Positions 44,856-56,007 of a stretch of DNA of 64,000 nucleotides are shown one piece after another. The DNA is from an uncultured Planctomycetaceae bacterium (GTDB lineage: Bacteria > Planctomycetota > Planctomycetia > Pirellulales > PALSA-1355), in NCBI GenBank assembly GCA_963785305.1, contig CAWAUV010000007.1, forward strand, positions 864,001 to 928,000. Reading direction: 5' to 3'. Position 1 is the first letter of the stretch; every line of letters begins with the position of its first letter. A program made the position numbers and the translations under genes. The notes under the pieces were generated by a model. It was given only the letters and a program-made list of their open reading frames with translations. It ran no database searches and was not told where the DNA came from.

Positions 44856-45848
44856 TCAGTCAACGTCCGCGGCGAACATGCTGATGGCCCGGGTGTAGTT
44901 CGCTCGCGAGAACGCCGCCGGGTCGGAGCAGCCTGTCTGACTCAAAGTTCCCTTCAATGTCGAAATCGCGCCGTATTCATGCCTCGACATCCAGGTCTCG
45001 CATTCCTCGCGCAGCGTGGTCAAGCGACCAACGCCCGCGCGATACAGTTCCGAGGCGATTTGCACGATGTCGGCGCCGACGGCAATCGCCTTGAGCGCTT
45101 CGAGACCGCTGCCGACACCGCCGGTGGCGGCAAACGAAATGTCCACGCGCCCATACAGCGCCGATCCAGCGGAGTGTCAGATTCAATTCCCGCGGAATGC
45201 TACGACTCGAGCCGGCGGCGCGACCTTGCGAAGATTGATGTCCAGATCGGGCGGCAAGCAGCGATTGAACATCACCACGCCGTTGGCGACCCGCGGTCGC
45301 CAATTCTCCGACGAAGTGGGGTAGCGCCGTGAAAAACGGGCTGATTTTGATCGCCAGCGGCAATTTCACTTCGCCGCGCACCGCCGCGACCGCTTCCAGA
45401 TATTGGCTTTCGATCTCGCTACTGGTGGCGCTCGGGTCGGCGGGCGGAATCATCGAGATTGAGCTCGAGCGCGTCGGCCCCAGCCTGCTCGATTTGCCGG
45501 GCGTAGTCGAGCCAGGGACCTGGGGCGTGGCCGTTGAGACTGGCGATGATCGGGAGCTTGACCGCCTGCTTCGCGTGTTCGACATATCGCAAATAAGCGG
45601 CGGGTCCCTGATTATATTGCATCAGTTCGCGATGCTGATGATGGCTGGCGCCTTGAAACGTCGACCAAGGCGCAGCCGGGATTCGGAGCAAGCTGCTCTT
45701 CGAACAGCGATGGCAGCACCGCCGCCCCCGCCCCGTACTCTTCGATTCGCTTGAGCACGTCTAGCTCGCTCGTCAACGGACAGGCCGCGACCACGAGCGG
45801 GCTACAAAGTTCGAGTCCTAGATAGCTGGTCCTGAAATCGACGATCAT
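44856..45848 (-). CDS. Dihydroorotate dehydrogenase-like protein; several frameshifts
   Basis: TSYLGLEL.SPLV, GA.VLPSLFEEQ, PIIASLNG, GADALELN, P+A+K+SPFFT, ATGGV, GAD.VQ..S.LY and F.RANY across four ORFs. Confidence 0.8.
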
Positions 45849-45976
45849 AGTGAGCCTCGTTTCGGTCGCGCCGAGCGCGCTGCCTTGAGTGGTTACTTGG
45901 ATCGGACACCTGGTCGGCCTCTCGGCGGGTCGCCAAGCTTCGGCCTCGACAGCAAGGCCAAGCGAAACCATTTGAA

Positions 45977-45993
45977 TGCATCTCCGGCGCCAA
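45977..45993 (-). promoter_or_regulatory. Candidate sigma-54 (-24/-12) promoter
   Basis: Minus strand TTGGCGCCGGAGATGCA = GG-N10-GC upstream of the DHOD-like gene, divergent from the sigma-54 activator. Confidence 0.6.
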
Positions 45994-46211
45994 ACCGATT
46001 TGGGACCGATGCGAGGGGAAGTGTCCATTGCGAGAAAAAACGCGAGTCGGCCGACGTTTTTACCCAGATCGTCGCGAAATTAGCGGGGCGCCGCCAAGGC
46101 CCGCGATGCCCAGGATGGCGCGAATCCGCCCAGAAGTTATACTGCCAAGTGTGCGGAACCGCGCGCTTGTGCCGCACGCCGCGAACCGGACTCTAGGGGC
46201 CTGCTTCCACG

Positions 46212-47602
46212 ATGCCTAAACCTCGCCCTGTCGATTTGCTCCTCGTCGACGACGACACGGAGTTTCGCGAAACCTTGGCCCGCCGATTCACGCGCCTGGG
46301 CTACGAAGTGCAAGACGCGCCGACGGCGAGCAAGCGCTCGCGCTCGCGGCGCGGCGCGCGTTTGATGTCGCGCTGGTCGACATGAAGATGCCCGGTCTTT
46401 CGGGATTGGAATTGCTCGAAAAACTCAAGGCAAGCCAGGCCGAGTGCGAAGTGATTCTGCTGACCGGGCAAGGCACGATCGAGACCGCCGTCAAGGCGAT
46501 GAAAGTGGGGGCGAGCGACTATCTCTTGAAGCCCTGTCCACTCGCCGAACTCGAAGTCGCCATCGAAAAGGCGATCGACCGACGCCTGCTCTCGAAGGAA
46601 AACAGCCAACTCAAAGGCATGTTGGCCCGCGTTCGCCCGAGCGGTGAAATGATCGGCCAGTCGGCGGGACTTGAAGAAGTGCGGCGCCTGATCCAGCGGG
46701 CCGGACCAACCGACAAGGCAATTCTGATTCAGGGCGAAAGCGGAACCGGCAAGGAACTCGTGGCCCGCGAACTGCATCGCCAAAGCCTGCGATGCGACCG
46801 TCCGATGGTGGTCATCAACTGCGCCGCGTTGAGCGAGACATTGTTGGAAAGCGAGTTGTTCGGCCACGAAAAGGGCGCGTTTACCGGCGCGATTGCGACC
46901 AAGCCTGGCTTGTTCGAGTTGGCCGATGGCGGCACGCTGTTCATCGACGAAATCGGCGAAATGCCCGGGCTCTTGCAAGCGAAGCTGTTGCGCGTGCTCG
47001 AAGACGGCTCGATGCGTCGCGTCGGCTCGCTCAAGGAGCGGCGAGTCGATGTGCGATTGCTCGCGGCCACGAACCGCGACATGCGGCGGGAAGTCGCCGA
47101 GGGGCGATTTCGCGAGGACCTTTACTACCGCATCAACGTGATGTCGCTGTATCTGCCGCCGCTCCGCGAACGCGCCGACGACATTCCCTTGCTGGTGACG
47201 AAATTTCTCGGTGAAAATTGGCGCCTCGATCCGGCGGCGATGCGATCGCTCGCCGAATACGCGTGGCCCGGCAATATCCGTCAACTCGCCAACACGATCG
47301 ACCGCGCCAAAATCCTGGCCGACGATGGACTCATCAGGCTGCAAGACTTGCCGCGCGAACTGCGCGACGCCGAACCCGTGGCCTCGCCAGCGGCCCGGCC
47401 CGACCACTCCGCCGCCACCCTGGCCTCGATCGAAAAATCGCATGTCGCCGAGGTGCTCGAGCGCGAACGCGGCAACAAAGCGCGCACCGCCAAGGCCCTC
47501 GGCCTGAGTCGCCGCAGCCTCTACCGGTTGCTCGATAAACACGGGCTCGACACGCTCAAATCCCTCGACGACCCAACGGAGCGCGAGGCGCCGGCCTCGT
47601 GA
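46212..47602 (+). CDS. Sigma-54-dependent response regulator (NtrC family); frameshift at ~46335
   Basis: REC, GESGTGKE, ELFGHEKGAFTGA, FIDEIGE, FREDLYYR, WPGNIRQL, Fis-type HTH. Confidence 0.93.
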
Positions 47603-47709
47603 ACCAATCGGCCTCGGCTCCGCGACCGCCCCACGCCTCCCATTCTCCTCTCGCCGAAACCCATGCAAAACGCGGCTGCCCGTCGCCCGCGAAACAAGGA
47701 GCTCATGCA

Positions 47710-48944
47710 ATGACCGTCGCCGGTTCGCCTCTCTCGCGCGGGACCAAGCTCGGTCCCGTCATGTCGGGTCTTTCGGGCAACGAGATCTATTGCTTGCGGC
47801 TCAAGGGGCTGCGGCCCGGCGAACTGGTGTTGGGCAACAGTGTCTATTCGACCGGCTTTCTCGGCGGGCTCGGGGCGAGCTTTCGCAGCATCGTCGGCGG
47901 CGAGATCACGCAAGTCACGAGCGTGATCCACGAAGGACGCTTGCAGTCGTATGATCGCATGATGGCCGAGGCCAAACAGCGCGGCGGCCTCGGAGTGACC
48001 GGCGTCACCAGCGAACTGCGCCGCATGCGCGGCAATACCGAATTCCTCTCGGTCGCCTCGGCCATTCATGCCGCCGAGCCGACGCCCGAACACCTTAGCT
48101 TTTCCACGAGCGGCGATGGCCAGCAGCTTTACTGCCAGCTCGACTCGGGCTACACCCCGCTGAAATTCGTGTTCGGCAATGTCGCCTATTCGATGGGCCT
48201 CGGCGGCGGCATCATGGGCACGCTCAAGAGCCTGGGCCGCGGCGAAATCAAGGAATACAGCGACATCTTCAACGCCACCCGCCACTTGGCCCTCGAGCGC
48301 ATCGTCGACGACGCCCGCTCGGCGAGGGCCAATGCCGTGGTGGGCATCGAGACGCGCGTGATGCCGTTTCAGGGCGTGCATGAAATGATGATGATGGGCA
48401 CCGCGGCCCGGCATCGGCAATTGCCGCCGGCCCACGACGCGGCGCCCGTCACCAGCGACATGACCTGCGAGGAAATGTGGAATATCACCCACTTGGGCTA
48501 CTATCCCTTGAAGCTCGTGTTGGGCACCGCGGTCTATTCGCTGGGTGTCGTGGGCGGGCTCAAGGCGGCGTTCAAGTCGCTGGCCCGCGGCGAGATCAAT
48601 GAACTGACCAGCTTGGTCTACGATGCCCGCGAACATGCCATCGGCCTGATTGCCGACGAGGCCCGCGCGATCGGCGCCGAGGATGTGGTGGGCATCAAGA
48701 CGCACATCCATGAGTTCGGCAGCTTGATCGAGTTCATGGCGATCGGCACCGCGATCAAGCCGCTCGCGGGTCTCAACACGCTCTCGCGCGATCTGCCGCC
48801 GCAAGCGGTGATGAAAGACAAGGACACCTGGATCAGCGACGAAAGCCAGATTTTCATGCCCGAAAACCCAGCGGGCCAGCAGCAAACGGAATCCACGTCC
48901 GGCGGCATTATCGGTTCGATCTTGCCGCGATGCTCCGCGGCTGA
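47710..48944 (+). CDS. Triple YbjQ/UPF0145 (heavy-metal-binding-like) domain protein
   Basis: Three copies of S+LSG.E++C....G..P..LV.G..VYS.G..GG......+..GEI..........R..A..R. Probable true stop at 48944 after a frameshift. Confidence 0.82.
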
Positions 48945-49000
48945 AAGCGGGGGCAATGTCCCGCCAGACGAACACATATTCCCTACCGGCGGCGCGGCGT

Positions 49001-49801
49001 CTATTCGCTCGGCGTTTCATCGAGCGGAACGAAGCCGGCGCCGTCATCCTTCGGGCCGGCGAATTGTCGCGTCGCGGGGCTTTCGCCCGGCGCTTGGTGA
49101 TCGGGCTCATTTAGAAGGCGGGCCACGCCGAACAGTCCGAGCCAGATTCCGCCGAAAATGATGGGGCCGTGTAGAAGCGATGTCAGCCTGAAAGCGATCA
49201 TCAGTAGCGTGATGCCTGGCATGGCGGCCAAATGCGTGCCACCCGGGATTTGCACCGCGAAAAAAGCGATTTCAAAGAGCATCCAAGAAAAGCCGAACCA
49301 AATCTGAAAGGTCGGGCGATCCAGCCGGCCTTTTAATCCAAGCTCCGGCAGCTCGACGCGACGTCCAAGGGGCCGGCCGTGCGGTCGGACGATCATGCCC
49401 GCGACGCCGATCAATCCAAGCAAAATTCCGCCCGCCGCGATTGTCCGATAGGCCGGCGTGAGAACGTACGAAAGCAGCGGCGGCCCGTAAATTTGGACCA
49501 TCATGGATGCCCGCGGGTCGCCGAAAACAAGCGTGGGCGAGAACGCGATCGCGGCCACGATCCAACAAAATCCGAAAAGCACCTGGAACACCGGTTCGCC
49601 AGCGCGCTCCTTTTCCAGCGCGATTCGCACCGCCGCGATGCCGAACACGGTCCAGATCGGCATCAGCAGGACAACGGCTAATGGCCAAGCGCCGCCCATT
49701 TGAAGCGGGATCAGTCCCGTGATTTGCAGCAAGGCCAACAGCGCGAGCAGCGCGCCGCGCGACGCGACGAAAACCTTGAATTCGTGCAAGCGGCGAAGCA
49801 T
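49001..49801 (-). CDS. Multi-pass membrane hypothetical protein
   Basis: Several hydrophobic segments in ORF 49001..49891. Ends uncertain. Confidence 0.55.
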   Translation of the reverse strand: MLRRLHEFKVFVASRGALLALLALLQITGLIPLQMGGAWPLAVVLLMPIWTVFGIAAVRIALEKERAGEPVFQVLFGFCWIVAAIAFSPTLVFGDPRASMMVQIYGPPLLSYVLTPAYRTIAAGGILLGLIGVAGMIVRPHGRPLGRRVELPELGLKGRLDRPTFQIWFGFSWMLFEIAFFAVQIPGGTHLAAMPGITLLMIAFRLTSLLHGPIIFGGIWLGLFGVARLLNEPDHQAPGESPATRQFAGPKDDGAGFVPLDETPSE

Positions 49802-49889
49802 GTTCCGGAATACAGATCCGCCGAGCGATGTTTTCGGGCGAAGGTCGCGGGGCGTCGTCGGCTTTCTGAGGGCCTTCGGAGTGTTCCCC

Positions 49890-50456
49890 ATCCAAGCTTT
49901 GTCGGTCGTCGCCGATCGCCGATGAAAGCTTTTCGTCGTTTGCCAGAAAATCGCCGATTTCCATCGCTTGCCGGCGCTTCCGATCGGCGCCGCGCGTCAT
50001 GTGTTCCCCGCCGGGCAACACGCCCCGCTCGCCGGCCCAGCCGATCAGCGTAAGCACGATTCCCACTATTGGGCCGGGAAGAAACGCGCCTATCATCATA
50101 CTGGCGTAGAACGTAATTGGGCCGCCCGCAGGTGCGCCGGGCATGTGCTCGAAATTCGAAAACAGGATAACGGCCAATACTCCAAAGATCAGCAAACAGA
50201 AAATGCCGCAGAGTTTCTGAAGCATCGGTTCGCTCGGGCGCTCGATCCCAAGCCCCACGCGAAGCGTGAGCGCCGCGGCAACAATCCAGATCGGCGCCGG
50301 CCAATCGAATAATAGCAACGCAAACTTGATTCCTTGCCACATGTCGCCATTAAATTGCCGAGCCGTCGCGAGACTCACCGGCGCGATGGTCGCCACCCAA
50401 GAGCAAAGCCCAACGAACATGAGCCACGCGGCGATGCGGCGAAAAGTGGATGTCAT
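49890..50456 (-). CDS. Multi-pass membrane hypothetical protein (3' end uncertain, may be fused to the next gene)
   Basis: MTSTFRRIAAWLMFVGLC... with about four TM segments in the 5' part of ORF 49272..50543. Confidence 0.5.
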
Positions 50457-50560
50457 GGAACCGACCTTTCGTGGAAAACTGGCCATTTCGGCATGATTCA
50501 TGGCGGGTTGGTTGCCGATGTGGATTGACCGGTCACATGCCACCGGCCTTGGCGCCGGGC

Positions 50561-50645
50561 GCCATGCCCGCGCTTGTCGTGGGCATGAGATTCGATTGAA
50601 GCAGCGCCCTTGGGGTCACATGCCCACGCGAGCGTGGGCATGGCG
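50561..50645. repeat. REP-like palindrome doublet
   Basis: GCCATGCCCGCGCTTGTCGTGGGCATG...CATGCCCACGCGAGCGTGGGCATGGC; same family as 38197..38282. Confidence 0.75.
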
Positions 50646-50682
50646 CACGAACGCCAAGAGCGCAGTTCAGAGGCGCCAGTCG

Positions 50683-51284
50683 TCAAAGTTTCGCCGTAAG
50701 GATACGTTCCATTCTGGCAAAACTGGGCAAGGACCGACGGAGCACCGATGGCTCAATCTTCCCGACCAGTTCAAACGCTCTCTTGTCTTTGAGATAGGGC
50801 GCCTTGCAATTCCGGGTCGCACGGGCCAACGCGAGCTGGACTGAATCGCGGCTTCGCGTTTCCATGTTTTCGCTAGGCACGGCATTATCCTGGAGATCAG
50901 CGCCAAAATGTACTCGCAACGTTTGACGATCCGTCGCGATCCAGGTCTCCATACACGTCGTCATCAGCAGAACTTGTTCGTCGTCCGCGCCTGACGGCGT
51001 CTTCCATTTGTCGCGCCGATTCAGATGACGCCAGCAATTCTCGATGCCTTCGACGGGGTCTTCGCTATCTACAAGCATGGCGACATAATGTCCCGCGCTG
51101 GCGTTAGCGTGGGCAATAGAGAAATCGTTATACGTCGTTCCGCGACTGCCGCAGGCGACCAAGCGTGGCATGCGCCAGCGAATCCACACTTTTCCAGTAA
51201 CCGGCGAAAACCCTCGCGACACCGAACGTGTAATTCCTTGCAGTCGTCCCCGCCCCCTTCGATGTATATTTTAGCGCTCACCAT
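50683..51284 (-). CDS. DUF4276 family (TOPRIM-like) protein; frameshift at ~51175
   Basis: MVSAKIYIEGGG..., LVACGSR, LVDSEDP, CMETW...D, Y.K...AFEL, PSF.R. Start overlaps the ATPase stop. Confidence 0.78.
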
Positions 51285-52457
51285 CGTGTCCCTCCAATCT
51301 CGCCACGTACCCAAAGCTGTCCGAGTCGGTACTTCTTGAGCCACTCATTTAGTTCGTCGCTTGCCGCAATTCGTTTAGCCGTCGTCTTTCCGTCATTTTT
51401 CTCCACGACGATCACGGATTCTGGCTGATTCGTCATCGAGTCGACGAGAATGTCCGAATGCGTTGTGACAATCAGTTGTGTTCGCTCGGAAGCGGCTATC
51501 AATAAATCGGCGACCTTCGGCAGCATATCCGGATGCAGCCCAAGTTCCGGTTCTTCGATGCACACCAGCACCGGCGGGTCCGGGTCGCAAAGAATGGCCA
51601 GCAAACACAGGTATCGGAGCGTGCCGTCGGAGAGGCGACTGGCGGGTATCGTAAAATCCCCTTCCGTCAAAAACACCTCGACAGTTCCTCCTTTGACGTC
51701 GACGTGAAAGTCATCGAGACCTTCATAGAGGTCGCGAAGGTGTTCGATGATTGTCTTTTTTGCCTTAGGCTTGCCGCGCAGTCGATTCAGGAACAGCCCG
51801 AGGTTGGAGAAGTTCTCTTCGAGTCGGTCGCTGGGCATGTCAGCCGGCTGTGGGCTGCGGAAGATTGACGTACGGCCAAAGGACCACTCGCGATATAAAC
51901 GCACGTTTTCGTAAATGTTGGCTAAGTGCGCAAGTTCCGGGTATTGGTCCGGGTCTTTCCGCTGGGAGAGGATCGATTCGTCCGGAGCAACTTGTTCACG
52001 CCGGAGGGGCCTTTTCCATTCGTTGGTCTGGTCCTTGATCGCGAGGACGGGGTGGCCGTTCTGAAACCTGTAAAAGAAGAATGGATCGTCGTGCCCCGGG
52101 TCAACATGCCGATTCTCGATTGCCTCATCCAACAGTTCCAATCGCGCTGCTGTTTCAGTAAATTCGATTCGGTGTCGTAAGGATTGCTGCCCCGCGGGGT
52201 ATCCGATCACCGCGCCCAATCGCGCTGGAGTTTTTCTCTCCCTTCCAAATCCATTCCTTGACGCCGCTGCCACCTGTTCCGCGCATGGGGGCCGTTAGCT
52301 TCGTGGGCGTGGATCGCAACAGACTGATCGCTTCCACAAGATTCGATTTGCCAGAACCGTTCGGTCCGATGAGGATGTTTAACGGTCGCATTTCTAGCGG
52401 TGGCGTATTGGGGCCAAATGACAGCAGCCCCTGTAGAGTTAGCTCTTGAATAATCAC
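51278..52457 (-). CDS. AAA_21/COG4637-type ABC ATPase; frameshift at ~52215
   Basis: LIGPNGSGKSNL Walker A, LSDGTLRYL signature, IEEPELGLHP Walker B, QLIVTTHS. Confidence 0.9.
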
Positions 52458-52576
52458 GAATAAACCTCCCTTGCGTGTTTGCCTGTGAATCACTCGTCAG
52501 CGTCCGCAAGCTTCTCGACCAATTCAGCGTTGTGGTATTCGGTCATTTCGTCGTAGAGCGCCTCGTCGGCATCTAG

Positions 52577-52810
52577 CCGTTAAACCAGCATCTGCACGAG
52601 TCGTGGCGGAGGGAAGGTTTTTGAAAAAATGCGAAATCCCTCGGCGAATTTGCGATATTCTGTGTTATTTGCAAGACACAAACATCGCGGCCACCGAGGG
52701 ATTCCGAGTGAAAGCCAAGAGCCAAAGAGCGAGCCAAAAGGCGGAGAACGCAGGCCAAGATACGTTGACGCCTCGCCGCACGCAAGCGGCGCGTGGAGCG
52801 CCGCACGACG
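52577..52810 (+). mobile_element. Degenerate left-end fragment of a related IS1380-family element
   Basis: CTAG followed by CCGTTAAACCAG, then clear similarity to 17884-18140 (GCGAAATCCCTCGGCG...GCCACCGAGGGATT.CGAGTGAAAGCCAAGA). Confidence 0.85.
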
Positions 52811-52951
52811 AATCCAATCTCCAGACGCAGCCGAGTTCGGCTCGCTCCAGAGTGCTTCGCCATACCGCGCAAAAAGCCGAGCGCCGTCCTCGCTCTAATT
52901 CCGCGACCATGGGGTTCGCCCGGCGCGCCATGCAATTCGGCCAGCGACCTC

Positions 52952-54287
52952 TTACTTCTCGGCGCCGGGCGCTTTTGTCACCTCGACCGTGAGGGCGCCG
53001 GCGTTGTCGGCGAGTTTGGCGGCAGAGTCATTGACGCGCAAATAGAGCGTGCCCGATCGCTTGGGCCGGAGCGTGCCGTCGCGTCCGACGACGATCGGCT
53101 CGACGAGCGGACTGGGCCCGGCGCCGGCTGGTAGCGACGCGTTCGCGAGACCGCTTGCTCCCGCGGAGTCGTCGCTGGCGGGCGTTTCGGGAACCACGGC
53201 CGCCAGCAACACGCCCAGCGGCTGGCCATGATAGTATTCGATCGTCACTCCGCCCGGCTCGCTCTCCCAAGGCTTTGCTCCGGCCGCCACTTGATAACGT
53301 CCCTGGGCGACGATGCGATACACGCCGCCGGCGGCGAGCTCAAGGCCGCTCGATTGCCAGCCGCGATCGGCCATGATCCGCGCCCGCGCTCCCTTGGCCG
53401 GCAGCGGTTTACCGGGAACAAAGTCGATCGCCATGCGCGCGAAGTCGTAGCCATGTTCGATATTCGCCACATAGAGTTGCCATTCCTCGCACACATGCGG
53501 CCAATCGGCCCCATAAAGCTTTTCGACGCGGGCATTGAAATCAGGCTCGCGAACCAGCGGTGGCAGCGCGAAAGCGATCGCAATAAGCCGGGTGCGAATC
53601 GAGAAAAAACGCCGCGGCCCAGCACCAGCCATAGGGCTCGTTTTCGAGATGCGCCTTGCGGTCGTAGGCCATTACCCGCGGAAGCGAAATCGCGTGGCCG
53701 GCGGCAAAGGCGTCTTGCACCATCTTGATGCGCCCCAGGCGGGGAACATCGGCCGCGGCCCGGGGAAAGACTTTGAGCGTGAGCCGACCCTCGGACCAAC
53801 GATGCGTGGCCAGCAGTTCCGCGATTCCCTCGGCATACCAGGGCGGCCCGAGCGAATCGAAGGCAAAGCCCATGAACGAATGCGTGCCTTCGTGCAGCAA
53901 GAGATGCCGGCGATAGTAATCGGACTTTTGCTCGTGGAGCCAGAGTTGCTCGCCTTGCGAATAGCCGTTCTTGAACTCGGGCACGCCCCGGGGCAAGAGA
54001 CCCGAGAACTCGAACGCCTCGCGCGATTGCATCAAGTAGCCGGTCACGCGCCACGCGGCGTATTTCTCCTTCGGCACATGGAAATACTCGCCCCACTGGG
54101 CGACCGCCCGGTCGAAGACTTCGGGCAGTTCGTCGACCTCCGCGCTGGGGGGCACATCGGTCAGCAATGTGAGATGGCGACCCGAGAGCTTGCGGATCGC
54201 GGCCTGGGCATCGCCGGCGTGCGCGAGCATTAGAAGAAAGACCGGCAGAAGCGCGAATTTCCGGCGGCCGGGGGCTCTGGCGATCAT
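52952..54287 (-). CDS. Secreted HExxH metallopeptidase-like protein with C-terminal beta-sandwich; frameshift at ~53560
   Basis: Signal peptide, LLHEGTH...WYAEGIAE gluzincin-like motif, C-terminal ADRGWQ.SG...G.LYLRVND...DNAG.L.V. Confidence 0.7.
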
Positions 54288-54342
54288 GGCTGAGGGCGCC
54301 ACTCGAATGAATCGAACCCGAAACTTTGCAATGCAACCGAGA

Positions 54343-55790
54343 TTAGAGCGCGCGGCGGATGCGGCGAATCGGACGTCCGCCGCGGCCGAACATGGGCGTG
54401 GGCTTGGGCGCGGCGTCTTCGGCGGCCACGGTTCCATCGGTCGCGGCGTTCGCGGAATCGGCGGCTGCTTGCGTGGGCGAGCCCGCAGTTCCGACCGGGC
54501 GGCCCAACTTCGACTCGAAGCCGTGGACCTCGTGGCGTTTGAGGAGCTTGTCGATGCGAATTTCGATGCGCGTCAACTCGCCGCCTTCCTCGGGCGTGAC
54601 GAACGTGAAGGCGATGCCTTCCCGGCCCATGCGCCCGTGCGGCCGACACGATGGACATAATCGTCGCAGAACTGGGGGATATCGTAGTTGATGATGTGCG
54701 AGATGCTGCTGACATCAATGCCGCGTCCGACGACATCGGTGGCGACGAGCAATTGGATTTTTCCCTCGCGAAACGCGGCCATCACCCGATCGCGAGCGCT
54801 CTGCTGCAAGTCGCCATGAATGCACGCGGCCGAGGGATGCTTTTTCCCCAGCCGACGATGAATCTTATCGACGCCGCGCTTGGTGCGGCAAAAGATAATC
54901 GCCTGCCGCGGCTGCTGCTCGGCCAACAGGCGCTCAAGCAACTCGAACTTGCGATCGGCGTCGATCGAACAATAGAACTGCTCGATGGTGTCGACCGAGA
55001 TATCGCTTGGCGAAAAATTGAGCGATTCGGGATCGCGCATGTAGCTCCGCGCCAGCCGCTCGACCGGCGGCGGCACCGTGGCGCTGAGCAGGAGTGTCTG
55101 TCGATCGCGCGGGCAGCGACGCAGAATCTTTTCGATATCCGGACGAAAGCCGATATCGAGCATTCGGTCGGCCTCGTCGAGCACCACGATCTTGAGCTGA
55201 TCGAGCCGGAGCGTGTTGCGGCCAATGTGGTCGAGCACCCGCCCGGGAGTGCCGATCACGATCTCGGCGCCGCGTTCGAGCTTTTCGATCTGGCCGCGAA
55301 TCGGCTTGCCGCCGTAGACGGCCACCGCATGGATCTTGCGTCCGTGCGAGAGCTTCATTACTTCTTCGCGCACCTGCACCGCCAGCTCGCGAGTGGGCAC
55401 GAGCACCATCGCCTGGGGGCTGCCGCCACGCTTGTGCGGCTCGAGCCGCTCGATCACGGGAATCGCGAAAGCGGCGGTCTTGCCGGTGCCGGTGCGGGCT
55501 TGCCCCAATACGTCGCCGCCGGCGATCGCCTTGGGAATCAGGCCGGCCTGAATCGGCGTGGGCTGGGTGTATCCGGCTGCTTCGAGCGCGGACATCATGA
55601 TGGCCGAAAGGCCCAGATCGCCGAAGCCGGCGGTGGTCGACGCGACCGAATTCGGCGTGCCTCCGGACTCTTGGTCCGCGGCGGCAGGCGCCGCGGCGCC
55701 GTCGGCGGAATGCATCCGGTCGGCAGGTTTCAACGTGCTTGCGGAATCGAGAATGTTTGATTCAGGGACTTCCAACACCAATTCATCCAT
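54343..55790 (-). CDS. DEAD-box RNA helicase; frameshift at ~54635
   Basis: Q motif PTPIQ, ARTGTGKT, PTRELA, TPGR, DEAD, SAT, HGDL.Q, YVHRVGRTG. Confidence 0.95.
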
Positions 55791-56007
55791 CAGGGAGGCG
55801 GACCCGCGCTTTCCGGCGACAAACGGCTCGCGAAGCATGCGCCGATGACAAACCCAAGTTGTCAGACCCATCGCGCTGCCGCAGAATACCGTTTCCTAAC
55901 GCTAACAGCTTCGCCCGGCCCGGTCAACCATCCGAGCCATCGTCCCGGGAAAAACGAATAAAATTTCCGCTTTCCCCAGGCGACGCGCCGGGGCCGCCCG
56001 CCCAGGC

